The notes below the pieces were generated by a model that ran no database searches, was not told the DNA's origin, and saw only the letters and a program-made list of their open reading frames with translations. The translations under genes were made by a program, and so were the position numbers. This document shows positions 13,456 to 13,618 of a DNA stretch of 13,618 nt, one piece after another. The stretch lies in IMG/VR virus record IMGVR_UViG_3300046462_000479. One strand, 5' to 3'. Each line of letters begins with the position of its first letter. The first letter of the stretch is position 1. This stretch comes from a virus. Taxonomy: Duplodnaviria; Heunggongvirae; Uroviricota; Caudoviricetes.

Positions 13456-13560
13456 ATGATCACTTACTTCCTCACCGCGTTGTTCATCGTTGCCGCCGTC
13501 CGCTACATCATCCGGTACGGCATCGGCAACGTCCGCCGCCCGCGGGGCTACCGTGCGTAG
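13456..13560 (+). CDS. 34-aa membrane microprotein (not in the ORF track)
   Basis: MITYFLTALFIVAAVRYIIRYGIGNVRRPRGYRA: hydrophobic N-terminus, basic tail, GC3-rich codons, start at the predicted TSS. Confidence 0.62.
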   Translation: MITYFLTALFIVAAVRYIIRYGIGNVRRPRGYRA

Positions 13561-13618
13561 CCCCGCGCGCATCATCCGCATCGAGTGGAAAGACGGATGG
13601 CAAATCGTCACCTTTGCC
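13553..13618 (+). CDS. Partial hypothetical gene running off the right edge
   Basis: GTG 13553 overlaps the upstream stop. MRSPARIIRIEWKDGWQIVTFA is open to the end. Confidence 0.45.
   Translation, partial: MRSPARIIRIEWKDGWQIVTFA

Noticed and set aside
13402-13611. N-terminal extension of ORF 13192..13611
   Set aside because: It is antisense to the promoter and to the 13456 and 13553 genes, and it has no RBS.
1-13618. Integrase, portal, capsid, tail or DNA-base-modification (TET/hydroxymethylase) genes
   Set aside because: No corresponding motifs were recognised in any frame. They may lie outside the window.

Overview
High-GC tailed-phage (Caudoviricetes-like) DNA, probably from an actinobacterial host. 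The host is an inference from the GC content, the TTGAC-N17/18-TAnnnT promoters and the candidate leaderless starts. Left half (minus strand, 1-7021): a terminase large subunit heads a tightly coupled operon. Instead of portal/capsid genes it continues into six glycosyltransferase-like genes (one a clear GT6/ABO-type enzyme), a class I SAM methyltransferase and small spacer genes, and runs off the left edge. Right half: a divergent plus-strand string of small early/accessory genes (Zn-ribbon proteins, a four-module HTH/Zn/HNH-repeat/wHTH protein, an Xre/MbcA/ParS antitoxin-like domain), then a minus-strand RHH regulator, a stand-alone 314-aa unknown gene and small genes at the right edge. A 12-bp palindrome GTGAC-WW-GTCAC occurs nine times, mostly at gene junctions. 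No integrase, portal, capsid, tRNA, rRNA or CRISPR array was seen. All protein family calls come from motif recognition by eye, not from database searches.
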